64,000 nt of DNA from Octopus vulgaris (GCA_951406725.2 OX597814.1:32364001-32428000); one strand, 5' to 3'. Positions 25,406 through 38,719 are shown, counted from the stretch's first letter. The notes: generated by a model from the letters alone, not told the origin. Numbers and translations: made by a program.

Positions 25406-25617
25406 CACACATATATGTGTGTTACCTGTCGTTTCATTGCCTCATTCTTCCCAATTTCCAAGTCAGCAATCACCCTACCTTCTCCCTCTGAATTAAATAA
25501 TCATTAAATGACTCTCAGTAATGGTTCATCCGTCTTTTTCTTTCTCCCCGTCTCTCCTTCCCCGATTCTCTCCTTCTGTCTCTCTGTCTCTGTCTGTCTT
25601 TTTGTCTTTCTCTCTCA

Positions 25618-25652
<35 letters not shown>

Positions 25653-25848
25653 CCTCTCCTTTTCTATTTTGAATACTTCACTTAACTTTCTATCTTGTTA
25701 GCCTTTTTCTTAATAGCTTTTCTCTTATTTAACCCCTTCTATCTATCTCCCCCAAACACTTATTCTCTTATTAAGCCTATATTCTCTCTAAATTACTCTC
25801 TCTCTTACACTCTTCTCTAAATCATTTCGCCCTCTCTAAAACAGCTTG

Positions 25849-25905
<57 letters not shown>

Positions 25906-26012
25906 CCCCTCTCTCTTTTAAACCCCATCCTCTCTCGTAAATCCCATTCTCTCCTAACTTCCCCATCTCTCACTCACATAACCCCTCCCCCATACTGTCT
26001 TAATACCCCTAC

Positions 26013-26058
<46 letters not shown>

Positions 26059-26181
26059 CTTCTTTTCAACTCTTTCTTTTATCCACCTTTTATCCCCTGA
26101 TCCCTGTCTCAAGTTTTTCCCGTATTTCTTTCCCTTTTATTTACCTCCTCTCTCTCTTTCTTACTCTCTCTCTCTTTCTCT

Positions 26182-26222
26182 GTATTTGTCTTTCTATCTC
26201 TCAACCTCCCTCTCCTTACCTC

Positions 26223-26254
<32 letters not shown>

Positions 26255-26344
26255 CTTTCTATCTCTCAACCTCCCTCTCCTTACCTCCTCTCTCTCTCTC
26301 TCTGTATTTGTCTTTCTATCTCTCAACCTCCCTCTCCTTACCTC

Positions 26345-26378
<34 letters not shown>

Positions 26379-26530
26379 CTTTCTATCTCTCAACCTCCCT
26401 CTCCTTACCTCCTCTCTCTCTGTATTTGTCTTTCTATCTCTCAACCTCCCTCTCCTTACCTCCTTTCTCTCTCTCTCTCTCTCTCTGTATTTGTCTTTCT
26501 ATCTCTCAACTTCCCTCTCCTTACCTCCTT

Positions 26531-26561
<31 letters not shown>

Positions 26562-26995
26562 CTTTCTATCTCTCAACCTCCCTCTCCTTACCTCTCTCTC
26601 TCTCTCTCTCTGTATTTGTCTTTCTATCTCTCAACCTCCCTCTCCGTACCTCCTTTCTCTCTCTCTCTGTATTTGTCTTTCTATCTCTCAACCTCCCTCT
26701 CCGTACCTCCTTTCTCTCTCTCTCTGTATTTTTCTTTCTATCTCTCAACCTCCCTCTCCTTACCTCCTCTCTCTTTCTCTCTCTCTCTGTATTTGTCTTT
26801 CTATCTCTCAACCTCCCTCTCCTTACCTCCTCTCTCTCTCTGTATTTGTCTTTCTATCTCTCAACCTCCCTCTCCTTACCTCCTCTCTCTTTCTCTCTCT
26901 GTATTTGTCTTTCTATCTCTCAACCTCCCTCTCCTTACCTCCTTTCTCTCTCTCTCTGTATTTGTCTTTCTATCTCTCAACCTCCCTCTCCTTAC

Positions 26996-27034
<39 letters not shown>

Positions 27035-27301
27035 CTTTCTATCTCTCAACCTTCCTCTCCTTACCTCCTCTCTCTCTCTCTCTGTATTTGTCTTTCTATC
27101 TCTCAACCTCCCTCTCCTTACCTCCTCTCTCTCTGTATTTGTCTTTCTATCTCTCAACCTCCCTCTCCTTACCTCCTTTCTCTCTCTCTCTCTCTCTGTG
27201 TATTTGTCTTTCTATCTCTCAACCTCCCTCTCCTTACCTCCTCTCTCTTTCTCTCTCTCTGTATTTGTCTTTCTATCTCTCAACCTCCCTCTCCTTACCT
27301 C

Positions 27302-27326
<25 letters not shown>
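26182..27326 (+). repeat. Minisatellite: 19 units of gtatttgtctttctatctctcaacctccctctccttacctcct plus variable (CT)n
   Basis: Unit starts at 26182, 26247, 26304 ... 27200, 27261, period about 51-69 bp. Explains the 400-478 aa pseudo-ORFs. Confidence 0.95.
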
Positions 27327-27332
<6 letters not shown>

Positions 27333-28594
27333 TGTCTTCGGTCACAACCCCCCCCCCATCTTTACCATTTCTCTCTCACCTTCTCAAACCCACTTATCAA
27401 GTTTCTCCTATCACAATTATCGCCCACCTCCAGCCCTGCTTTCTTCTCGGCATTTCCCTCCATCATCATCATAATCGCTGCCTCTCACCTCCACCTTTCT
27501 TCCTCCTTTTCACTCCATCTTTCTTCACCACATCCCCCCCACCACCACCAACAGTCACAGCCAACACAATCACCTCGCCTTCACACCACAATTTCAGTCA
27601 ACTTTCAAAACCCCTTCTTTGAAAAAACCTCCATCTTCTACATTGTTCTTATAAAACACCCTTTCATTAGCTCAATTTATACAGCAATAACGCTTCGCCG
27701 CCCGCCCTACATCCACCTTAATCTCCCACCTACATATTTAACCACCTCTGCCCCTTCTCTTCAGCAATGCTTGTATTTATTTATTTATTTATTTATCTAT
27801 TTATTTATTTATTAGGTAATTCATCACCCCCCACCTTTCTTTCCCTCCCTTAACTACCTCACCTCTCACTCTCACTCCCATTACTGCTCTCTTGTCTAAC
27901 CCTCCTTCCATACACGTGTCTCTATATGAACTTCTATTATTTAATATATTCGACTTGTTTTTCTTAAAGCTTCCTTTCCTTCTCAACCTACCACCACCAT
28001 CACCATCACCATCAACATCACGTCTCTAATTCTCTCTTTCACTATTTCTCTCTGCCTCTCCCTCTTTCACTTTCTCTTTTCTCCTGTCTTTCCTGCTCTT
28101 ATCCTCTTCACTCAATTTCTCACTCTCCCTCTCTCTCTCTCTTCTATATTTTGTCCCTGATAATCCTTCCACTTCTCTGTAACTTCACTTAAATAGAATT
28201 GTTTATTACGTGCTTAAGTGACCTGAAATTAATTTCATTATTACATCACATATTTAATGGCGGGAGAGGACGCGCGATATCGGACTACAGTTTAGCTCAC
28301 AACTAGTTCAGTCTGTCATTGCGATATTGGTACATGTATGGAAGCCTTTATTTATTTGTGGTTTTTCATTTTATTTATGCAATTTAATTATCTTAAAGAA
28401 GAGCATGAAGCTCATGTCCTCCCATTTCCTCTTCGATATTTTTTGAAAATTAGAAAATAATCTGCTTAATCAAAAAGAAATATTGGCTTCAAAAATGAGC
28501 TTAAGGTTAGTAATTTCCGCGAACAGGATAAACCGGTAACATCGATCCCAGTACACAACTGGTACTTATCCCAGTCCATACTGGTACGAAATAC

Positions 28595-28835
28595 CTATTT
28601 CTCTTTCTTTACTACCCACAAGGGGCTAAACACAGAGGAGACAAACAAGGACAGACAAACGGATTAAGTCGATTACATGAACCCCAGTGCGTAACTGGTA
28701 CTTAATTTATTGATCCCGAAAGGATGAAAGGCAAAGTCGACCTCGGCGGAATTTGAACTCAGAACGTAACGGCGGACGAAATACCGCTAAGCATTTCGCC
28801 CGGCGTGCTAACGTTTCTGCCAGCTCATCACCTTA
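28595..28835 (-). mobile_element. SINE family B, full length
   Basis: Same sequence as 12877-13104. Confidence 0.9.
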
Positions 28836-30472
28836 AATCATAAAGAAATATTAGGGAGGCGCATGACTTAAGAGCTTATGGTGCTGAACCCATGATCATA
28901 CGATTGTGATTTCGATTCCTGGTCAGGGCGACGTGTTCAATTCTTGAGCAAAATACTTCATTTTATGTTGCTCAAGTCTATTCACCTAGCAAAATGAGCA
29001 ATGGAGTGCGACAGGCATGACAAGCCGGTGATAGATGCTGGATGCACCAAAGAAGACAACAGAGAAACTTCTAGACTGATGGACCATAGACCTAACCTGT
29101 TGTTGAGTATTGCCTTTATAAAGGAATATTATTTTAGTATCACACATTAAGTAGTGGTGGTCGTCTTGTATTACGTTCTGGTAATCGTGGTTAAATGGTA
29201 TTTACTATCATGGCGAGCCAAAAATGAATTCATACTTTTGCCCCCTCTAGTTACAGGTCTTGTAAGTTGGCTTACTTGGTTTCCATGGCGTTGAAGTGAA
29301 CGAAATCACAATATTCCTCAATGCCGATCTGTTGCAGAGATTGAAACCAGCAATTTTGAGGGATGGAATGGAGTTGATTATATCGACCTCAATACTTGAC
29401 AGGTACTTTATTTTATCGATCATGAAGTGATGAAAGATAACATTAACCTTCGTGGGATTTGAACTCAGAGCGTAAAAACCAGCTAAAGATTCAGCCAACT
29501 CGTGATATTGAGATACATACATAAAAAACATACATACATAAATGCATGCATGCATACCGATACATACACAAACACAAATACATACATACATGCATGCTTG
29601 CACATACATACAAAAACAAGCACACATAGATGCATACATAGATACATACATACATACATACATACATACATACATACATACATACAAATAAACACACATA
29701 TACATAGATACACACATACATACATATATACGTACATACATGCATACATACAAACATACGTACATACATACATACGTAAAACTTTCCACTGGTTTATCAT
29801 TTAAATATATATGAGCATGTCTAGTTATGCAACTATATGCATGATGATACATACATAAAACAAAACATACGAATTTGCACATATACATTACATCTAAAAA
29901 TACCTCGTTTGTGTTGTTGAAATTCCAGTGAAGGTGCCTTTGGATCTAGGTTAGAAACCGGCTCATTCTCTATGAAATATATCGATTCATATCGGATACT
30001 ATTATATATATCTAGTAAACGTAGTAGTACATTGTCAGGTACGATGCTGTCATCAGCGGAAAGCAAATTTAATAGAAGCTTTAACAGAAATTAATGCATG
30101 CATGAAAGCAGTGGAACTATAATGGCTAAGAGTATGTAAAGTCTATAAGGGTTCTGTTGCTTGTAAAAAAATCTTGAGAGACCAAACTTCGCTAACTGAC
30201 GGTAACGAAATAATTTAAATTCAACTTACATGAATGAACATTATGATAATATTGATACACATAAATATTTTATTTTATTCTATTTGCGAGGTATCTATTT
30301 CTATTACAATAAAGAAGCTAATTTCTGCAAGTTGAATTCGAATTTCATACTTGTTTATATTATCTTCACATTCTGATGAGTTAAGGAAATATTGCAATCA
30401 TAATGTAAAAGAATATATATATATATCTATATAACCTTACTTGGAAATGGATGCGTGGCGTTCAATTAAATA

Positions 30473-30542
<70 letters not shown>

Positions 30543-30678
30543 TTTTACTCTTTATCTTTTATTAAACTTTTAATACTTTTGATATATATTTAAAATAATA
30601 TAAATTAAATTAATTTTATGTATTGGCTTATGTTTTTCATTGTTTGATTTGCCTAATAGTGGTTTTATCTCTAATTTA

Positions 30679-30729
<51 letters not shown>

Positions 30730-30842
30730 TATATGGGTACAGAACGTCACCTACTGTGTAAACTACATGAATTAAGGAAACAAATGAGTTAAGTACACAA
30801 ACAACGAGAGAAATAAATAGAAAACAGGACTAGTAACACACA

Positions 30843-30910
30843 GAACGATCCTTCATCAGTTGTCGACTGTATATCTACTCCTCATTTCGAGCATTCAATG
30901 ACAATATGAG
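30843..30910 (-). ncRNA. Hammerhead motif in non-circularly permuted order, copy 1
   Basis: CUC AUA uuguc auu gaaugcuc GAAA UGAG gaguagauauacaguc gacaa CUGAUGA aggaucguuc; one mismatch in stem II. Confidence 0.65.
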
Positions 30911-31422
30911 ACTTCGAAGATAGTTCCAAAATAAAATTTTGGATTTATAGAGAGTCAAAGTTGGGATCAAAAACAGAACAGTGGAACCATACAAGGAAAC
31001 CGAACGAAAACAAACATGGCGGGGGAGTCGTTAAGCCAGATCGAGAGGAAAATAGTGAACGCTGGAAGAAATGTATTCTTTGAAAAGAAAAATGATAGAA
31101 GACGTCCAGTACTTAGAACGACGTGCAGGAAAAGAAAGATAGTCACGCGAGGAAAAGAAGGATGTATGATGGTCACATGTGAGCAACGCGAGTGAGAAAA
31201 AGAGTAAGAGGGGATGAGAGAGAGAGAGAGAGAAACGGTGAAGGGGAATAAAAGGGTATTAGAGAAGGCTGGTGGGAGAAAACAGTTTAGAGTAGAGTTC
31301 GTATCAAAAAGGTTAAGATAAACTTACTTGGAAATGGATGCGTGGCGTTCAATTAAATAATAATATAAATAAATAATATATATATATATATACATATATA
31401 CATGTGTGTGTGTGTGCGTGTA

Positions 31423-31493
<71 letters not shown>

Positions 31494-31594
31494 GTACAGG
31501 GCGTCACGAACAGTGTAAACAACATGAAGAAAACAACGAGTTAAATACGCAAACAACGAGAGAAACAAATGGAAAACAGGACAAGTAACACAAG

Positions 31595-31662
31595 GAACGA
31601 CCCTTCATCAGTTGTCGGCTGTCTATTTACTCCTCATTTCGAGCATTCAACGAAAATATGAG
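31595..31662 (-). ncRNA. Hammerhead motif in non-circularly permuted order, copy 2
   Basis: CUC AUA uuuucg uu gaaugcuc GAAA UGAG gaguaaauagacagc cgacaa CUGAUGA agggucguuc; one mismatch in stem I. Confidence 0.65.
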
Positions 31663-31901
31663 TCTTCTAAAACAGTACCTCCTATAAATTCCTAAATACA
31701 ATTTTGGATTTATAGAGGGTCAAAGTTGGGAACAAAAACAGAACAGCGGAGACATACAAGGAAACCGAATGAACACAAGCATGGCGGATATAATTACATG
31801 TATATGTAGATGAAATTTACAGAAAAACGAAAGAAAGATGAAGACAAGTATATGAAAAACAAGCAGGTGTATTAGTCTGACAGTCGGGTAACTCAGAAAA
31901 T

Positions 31902-31937
31902 CTTTTACGTCTCGAGCCTACGCTCTTCAACAGAAAG
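31902..31937 (-). ncRNA. Minimal hammerhead variant with CUGUUGA core (GAGAC mutation)
   Basis: cuuu CUGUUGA A GAGC-guag-GCUC GAGAC GUA aaag. Confidence 0.5.
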
Positions 31938-32991
31938 GAATAAGAGAAAATAAACAGAGAGAGAATAAGAAAAACGTGTGGATTTAGTGATCAAGCATGT
32001 GTGCGTGTGTATAACATCATCATCCTCATCATCCGTACCAACGTCTACACCACTCAACATCCGTAGCAACCCCTCCATCATGAATGATATGTTGTAATTT
32101 AGACACAAAGAGAACAATTTGGGGGACGCTTCGACGCCAGTATCTATTTGTATTTTTATTGACCTTCGAAAGAGGAAATGCAAATTGAAATCTGTACTGA
32201 GTAGGAACAAATATCTCATAGCATTTCATCGGACGCTCTAACGTTCCAGCTAGGATTGCGTTATCTATCATCGTAAATAATTTTAATTCGGGATTCGAAC
32301 TCAGATCGGAAAGACTCTGAAGTGATGCCTCTAAGAATTTTGCTCGAGACGCTAACCATTCTGTAGGCTCACAGCATTAACGTATATAATAATTATTTCT
32401 GATTTTGGCACACGGTCAGCCAGTCTGAGTGGAGGGGGAAAACGATTGTATCGTCCACAGGTTCAACTGATTTTTATTTTATAGACCCTGAAAGGATGAA
32501 GGCAAACTCGACCTCAATAATATTTGAACTGAAAATTATCTTAGCTAATAACGATCTCTTCACATTATCGTCTTTAAACACACCATCTCATCCACTTTCT
32601 CTACCACATATCTCCACACATTCGAATGATAACAGCAGTCATCAGTACTCACTACCAATAAGGCTATCACTCTATCGCATATGTAAGCTACCTCCAACGA
32701 CTCCCATCAACAGAATTAGCTCCTCCAGCCACAACATCAGACAAACGTGTTCCTATACTGACCACCATGTTGAAAGATTAAAATAATTTTCTATATATTG
32801 GTTCGGTTGTTATTTTATAATGATGTATTGGAACAGTCATACACGCATGCGCACGCATAACATATCTATAGACGGATGTATGCATATACGTTAAGTTGTA
32901 TGAGTGCATCTATACACATATTTTATATCACTGCTTGCGCGCGTGTGTGTATGTGTATACATATGTGTGCGTGTGTATGTATATATATATG

Positions 32992-33029
<38 letters not shown>

Positions 33030-33032
<3 letters not shown>

Positions 33033-33480
33033 TTAAAATCCTTAAATATGTTTTAGCCCGAACGGCCATGCTGGTGCACCACTCGCTGAATGAGCTACAC
33101 TAGTTTGTGAATCCACCTCTGATACGTGGCACTTGATCAACAAGGGAGTTCGATGCTGCTGCCCGCATCCGTGTCTCCTGTCGTGAGGTAGGTTCATCTG
33201 GGACTCCCAACATATATAAATCCAGTTTAGTTTATATAAGAAACCCATATCCACACCATATAAGTCTCTCAGGCATTTAGGGAGGATGTTAAAGAGCTGT
33301 GGTCCTCTGTATGTAACCCAAGCTGTTGCAGTATCTGGACCTGTATTTTGATGGTGATGTTGGAATCCTTGCACCATCGCAGCGGCGCCCGTTCTCTGCG
33401 GTTGGAGTAACTTTGAATGCCAAAGTTTGGGACAAGACCCTCCAGGATTTTCAGATTATATCACTGCATATCCCATCGTA
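33030..33480 (-). pseudogene. CR1-like LINE 3' end with intact 3' terminus
   Basis: YRGPQLFNILPKCLRDLYGVD...LGVPDEPTSRQE; tail ggtgcaccagcatggccgttcgggctaaaacatatttaaggattttaagga abutting (TA)n. The same tail occurs alone at 54360-54415. Confidence 0.85.
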
Positions 33481-33689
33481 TATATTATATAGGGAGATAT
33501 ATATATATATATACCTATCAGTCTATATATAGTATATATATGTGTGTGTGTGTGTGTACCTTTGTGTATCTTTGCGTCCCCGTACAGTTGCTTCGAGTTC
33601 TGCTGTTTGTTTTATATTGTGTGGTGACCAAAGTTATATATATATATATACGAACGGCAACGTGAAACTCAAAGAGTAACAGGTTTTGT

Positions 33690-33737
<48 letters not shown>

Positions 33738-33818
33738 ATGCACACCGTATGTGTATAAATATATAAATATATATAAATATATAAATATATATTTATATAT
33801 ATATATATATATATATAA

Positions 33819-33870
<52 letters not shown>

Positions 33871-34010
33871 ATGTATGTATGCATGTATGTATACACACAC
33901 ACATATATAAAGTATGGATACAGGAGTTTGCTGAGTATCCTACCTCGAGTCTGTATATTGAAATAGAAACTACTACATTTTAGAAGGATATACCTAGCTA
34001 TAAAACAAAC

Positions 34011-34075
<65 letters not shown>

Positions 34076-34183
34076 GTGTGTGTGTGTGTGTACCTTTGTG
34101 TATCTTTGCGTCCCCGTACAGTAGCGGCTCGGCAAAAGGCACCGATAGAATAATTACTAAGCTTACAAAGTATAAGTTCTGGG

Positions 34184-34228
<45 letters not shown>

Positions 34229-34250
34229 AAACACAAACACATATACACAT

Positions 34251-34354
<104 letters not shown>

Positions 34355-34529
34355 CATTTATATATATATATATATTTATAAATATGTGCGTTTGCGTGTA
34401 TGTTGCCTCCTGTGTGTGTGTGTGTGTGTGTGTTTGTGTGCATGTGCGTGTGTATAAATACATGTAATTCAAATAATTTTGCTGAGTATCCTACCTCGAG
34501 TCTGTATATTGAAATAAAACTACTACTAG

Positions 34530-35023
34530 AAGGGGGTCGTTCTTTTTTACTATCTCTAATAAACTGAAAAAATTTCGTCGCACATCTGCGCTCCAAGTAC
34601 ACACAACAATTATTGATACTACAGAATTACAGTACTGTTAAGAAATTAACGAAAAATGAATGTAACAATTTTTCAAAGTGTGTTCCAAATGAATGTAACA
34701 ATTTTTCAAAGTAGTGTGTATATATATTATCAAATTGGCTAAAATGAAACATCTGCTTACGTATAAATATGTCTGTGTATGCCACTGTTAAGATATACGT
34801 ACATATCTATTACATATTTGTGAAAAGGGCGGACCTTGTCTCACAAGCAGTTGTGCAGGCAAAAGCGTTAGTAAATATGGTCGGATTGATCTGAAATATA
34901 CCTAGCACAAACGTTAAAATCTGGGGAGTTTACATGTTCTTTTTTACTATCTCTAATAAACTGATCTTTAAAATTTCGTCGCACATCGAGTAGACGCGAA
35001 TGAAATCGGGATATAATACTAGT
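34530..35023 (+). mobile_element. Possible Helitron-like 3' end with internal direct repeats
   Basis: gttcttttttactatctctaataaactga...aaaatttcgtcgcacatc is duplicated (~34538 and ~34936); ends in a weak hairpin cgaatgaaatcg then CTAG|T at 35019-35023. Confidence 0.4.
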
Positions 35024-36015
35024 ATATATATATATATATATATATATATTCACAAAATATATATACGCAGAATCGTACAATCATGCCATCTACATATTTT
35101 TACGTAGGCAATCGCTGTAAATTGGCTGCTGAATCTGTGAGACCGCTAAAAATTTGGGCTGTCACCCATTTTATCTCAACCATATTGACTTCCGGTTTTC
35201 TGTCAAGGAATCCGCTCTGAAGCAAGCATTGGTCTCCGGTCTCAGAGTAACTTCCTTTTATGGAAAGCATACAAATTGTGATGGATCATGATTCTTTTTT
35301 TCTTTTTTGACAAAACCCCTAATAAAATATAAAATATAAAAAATGTGAATGGACAACATTAACCACTCTTTGCGCTTTATAGTCACGTCTACTTTTGCTT
35401 TTATAATAACGGTGTTTGTTTAATTTTCTAAGCGTTCCGTGTTCAAAATCTGCCGATGATAGCTTCGCTTTCTGTCTCTCAGAGATCGATAAAATAACAT
35501 ACAAGTCCAGCACAGTGGTCGATAATCGATAAATCACTATTCCTCAAATCTGCTGTCCATTTTCCTAAATTATATTAAACCGAAAGTAAAATATTCCTAT
35601 GCGTCCTCTGTGTGTGACTATCACTCACTTCATCTCTCACACTCTCCCTCTCTCGCTGCCTCTCTCATTCTCTCTTGTCTTCCTCACTGTCCCTCCCCCT
35701 CTTTGTTTTTTCTTCTCCACCCTTTATATCTCAGTTCCGCATGTTCAGCCTCAGTCTCCAATGCTCCCTATAAATGTCTACTCACTTTACTCTCTCTTTC
35801 GCTCTCTTTGTCCTCTCTTCCTCTTTCTCTCTTCTCCCCCTTTCTCTCTCTCACTAACCTCTCTAATCTCTCTTGTTCCTCTCTCCCTCTCTCTTTCCTT
35901 GTCTTTCTCTTTCCATATTCAAAACATCATTTTCACTCTTGACTCACTCTACCTTTGTTTCACCATTAGTACATGTTTGTCCCACTCTCACTATCTCTTC
36001 TTTTCTCTGCTTCCT

Positions 36016-36051
<36 letters not shown>

Positions 36052-36233
36052 ACTTTCTCACTCTCTTTCACATTATCTCTCTTCTTACCCCCACCTCTCT
36101 CTCACTCTTTCCGTGTCTTTCTCTTCACCTTTCATTTCCCTCTATCAAATTCAAAACCTCACTCTCACTCCTGACTCTCCCTGTCTTTCTTCCGTCATTA
36201 GTATCTGTTTTCCCCACTCTCTCATTCTTTTTC

Positions 36234-36277
<44 letters not shown>

Positions 36278-37116
36278 TCTCTCTTTCTCTCTCTATTTCA
36301 CTCCGTCATTCCTTCAATTCAAGATCGCACATACCGTTGTATGTGTTTATTATATGCAGCATTGCAACACTGAAAGCTGGGGTTTTAGAAATGCTTCTAG
36401 CACATTTTAGTTAATGCTCACTAATCTTACCCCCCAGTCTACTTTAGCTAAACATGAAGTTTTTGAAGAGCTTCATTTAATACGAAAATATGAAAACTCT
36501 GAATCAAAAAGGTGCCTACCGTTTTATAAACAACTAAATACATTGTATGTCTCTATCTGATTTTTGCAGTTTCAGTACGAGCGACTGTGTGTGAGATCGT
36601 TTGATATGTATGTGCTTAATAGTGCTCTGATATGTATGTGCTTAATGGTGCTTAATAGCAACTCTGAGCGTGTGAGTATGTGTATATGTCTGTTATTGTG
36701 TATATGTGTGTGCGTGTATGCGAGTATGTGTAGCTGCTTAACTCTAACTGAAAACTTAACAAAACAGAAGCGTGATGAAAAGCAAACTAGCCGCAACAAT
36801 CAACTAGCAATTTATGAGTATATAGAACTGCATAGCTTAATGTATACTTTCCTTTATCCAAAAGAATTAAGGTTATTTCAAGTAGATGCCGCAGAAGTGC
36901 AGATACCGATTGTGTGTGCGCGTTCATCAGTATGCGTGCGTGCGTGCGTGTGTGTGTGAGGATGCGAATGCGTATCTATCTAGACAGAGGTGATTTTTAT
37001 AATGACCATATAAAGCGTGCTTGCTTCGGCCAAACATTTTGACGTTTGTTTAATAGCAAGATAGAATTTTCTAAAATGTAGACACAGACACACACAGATA
37101 CACACATACATATATA

Positions 37117-37642
37117 TCTATTATATAAAATCCGCTCTGTCTGTCTGTGTGTGTGTGTGTGTCTTCTAGGATCTCGGGTATCCTCCACCCGATTGCGTTC
37201 AAATTTGATATGTAGATACCGACGGTATCAGGGCGTGTATAAGTCTTGAAAAAATTACAAAAATCGATTCCTGGTGAGAATGCAAGCGATAAAGCCGTGG
37301 GAACGTGCATTTGTACGCGCAAGTACATCAGCTGTTGCGATCGATACTACGCGTACGCGAGAAAGATGCACGTGCATAATCCCACAATAATGCCACAAAA
37401 TGCAGTATATTTAAGAGACCAAAAATGTAAGATGCAATAAAGATATTTTCTTCAAACTTGGCATGAAGGAAGAAAAAACTATTTGGTTTCTCAAAAAGTT
37501 TTTATTTTGCCTTAACTTCGCTTAATAAAACCAAAAATTTTATTGAACTAAAGGCATGCTTAATTATTTTTTAATGAAAAGAAAACACTGATTGCTTTTT
37601 ATTCAGCAGATATGATTCAGCACCGTCCATTGGACGGGGGAC

Positions 37643-37645
<3 letters not shown>
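37117..37645 (+). mobile_element. Non-autonomous Helitron-like element
   Basis: A|TCTATTATATAAAA start, (CTGT)n, ccgattgcgttcaaatttg, and a subterminal hairpin ccgtcca-t-tggacgg at 37623-37637. Terminal CTRR not intact. Confidence 0.65.
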
Positions 37646-37718
<73 letters not shown>

Positions 37719-38198
37719 TAAGACACAGAATGGGAGAAGCGCAAGATATTTTATTTTTATACACATGTAATAAGCATTCCCCGTGAAAATTAAATTGTTC
37801 ATGCCACAAACTTTAGCTTTCCTTGAGCAGAACAATTATGAGTCTGAGAAGTTTGTAGTTTCGTTCACCCTTCACAAGAAAAGCATTATTGAACTTCTAT
37901 CTACAGACTAATCATCGTCGTATTCATATAGTAAACAAACTTGGTTGCAGTTAAACTTTTCTGGCTAATTTGCATAGCGGTGCAGTAATACTTCAGAAGA
38001 CAATCTAGTTTAATTAATTAATATATTATTTAATTGATAGCGCCGAGAACGGTAATTGTATCTTTTAATAACTTAAGACTGAAATGTATTCATTTTTAAA
38101 ATGCAAAAAAAAAAAAATCACATTTTCAGCAACGAAGTGTAATGCCAGTTAGACACACAACTTTGATTCACTCCATGTTTTGAGACATTATAGATATC

Positions 38199-38429
38199 TG
38201 TTTCTTTATTGCCCACGAGGGGCTAAACATAGAGGGGACAAACAAGGACAGACAAACGGATTAAGTCGATTATATAGACCCCAGTGCGTAACTGGTACTT
38301 AATTTATCGACCCCGAAAGGATGAAAGGCAAAGTCGACCTCGGTGGAATTTGAACTCAGAACGCAACGACAGACGCAATACCGCTAAGCATTTCGCCCGG
38401 TGTGCTAACGTTTCTGCCAGCTCGCCGCC
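38199..38429 (-). mobile_element. SINE family B with 19-bp TSD
   Basis: TSD ttgagacattatagatatc at 38180-38198 and 38430-38448. Confidence 0.92.
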
Positions 38430-38719
38430 TTGAGACATTATAGATATCAATAAGCTAATAATCTCTCTGTGGACAAAATATTGACATATTGCTGATGAGG
38501 TCCAAAATGAGAGAAGGTAGTCACGTTAATCAGGAATTAATTAAACTTTGCGGTGGTTAATTCTTAGAGGAGGGTTACCAAGAGGAGGGTTGCCAAGTTT
38601 AATTATCCCCATAAGAAATGAAAAGAACACTTATGTCTATAGGGTATTATTAAATTCTAAACAATGTTTCTATCTATGTGTGAGTATGTGTAGGTATACC
38701 CATGTAAAAGTACATACAA

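Larger units (their letters stand above)
30432..31790 (-). mobile_element. Partial tandem duplication of a TA-associated repeat (Penelope-like pLTR or retrozyme-like), each unit with a rearranged hammerhead
   Basis: cttacttggaaatggatgcgtggcgttcaattaaataa at ~30435 and ~31323; the block atgggtacag...catggcgg at ~30732-31022 and ~31490-31787. Confidence 0.75.

Noticed and set aside
26182-27326. CRISPR-like repeat/spacer array and 400-478 aa ORFs
   Set aside because: Spacers are only (CT)n, there are no cas genes and the context is eukaryotic; the ORFs are open merely because CT-rich repeats lack stop codons.
30368-30406. Hammerhead-like acauu CUGAUGA guuaag GAAA uauugcaaucau aaugu
   Set aside because: Stem II does not close and there is no NUH in register; at most a decayed relic.
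35100-35280. Promoter-like cluster (ETS-like gacttccggt, ATTGG boxes)
   Set aside because: Short motifs expected by chance, with no linked gene or start-site evidence.
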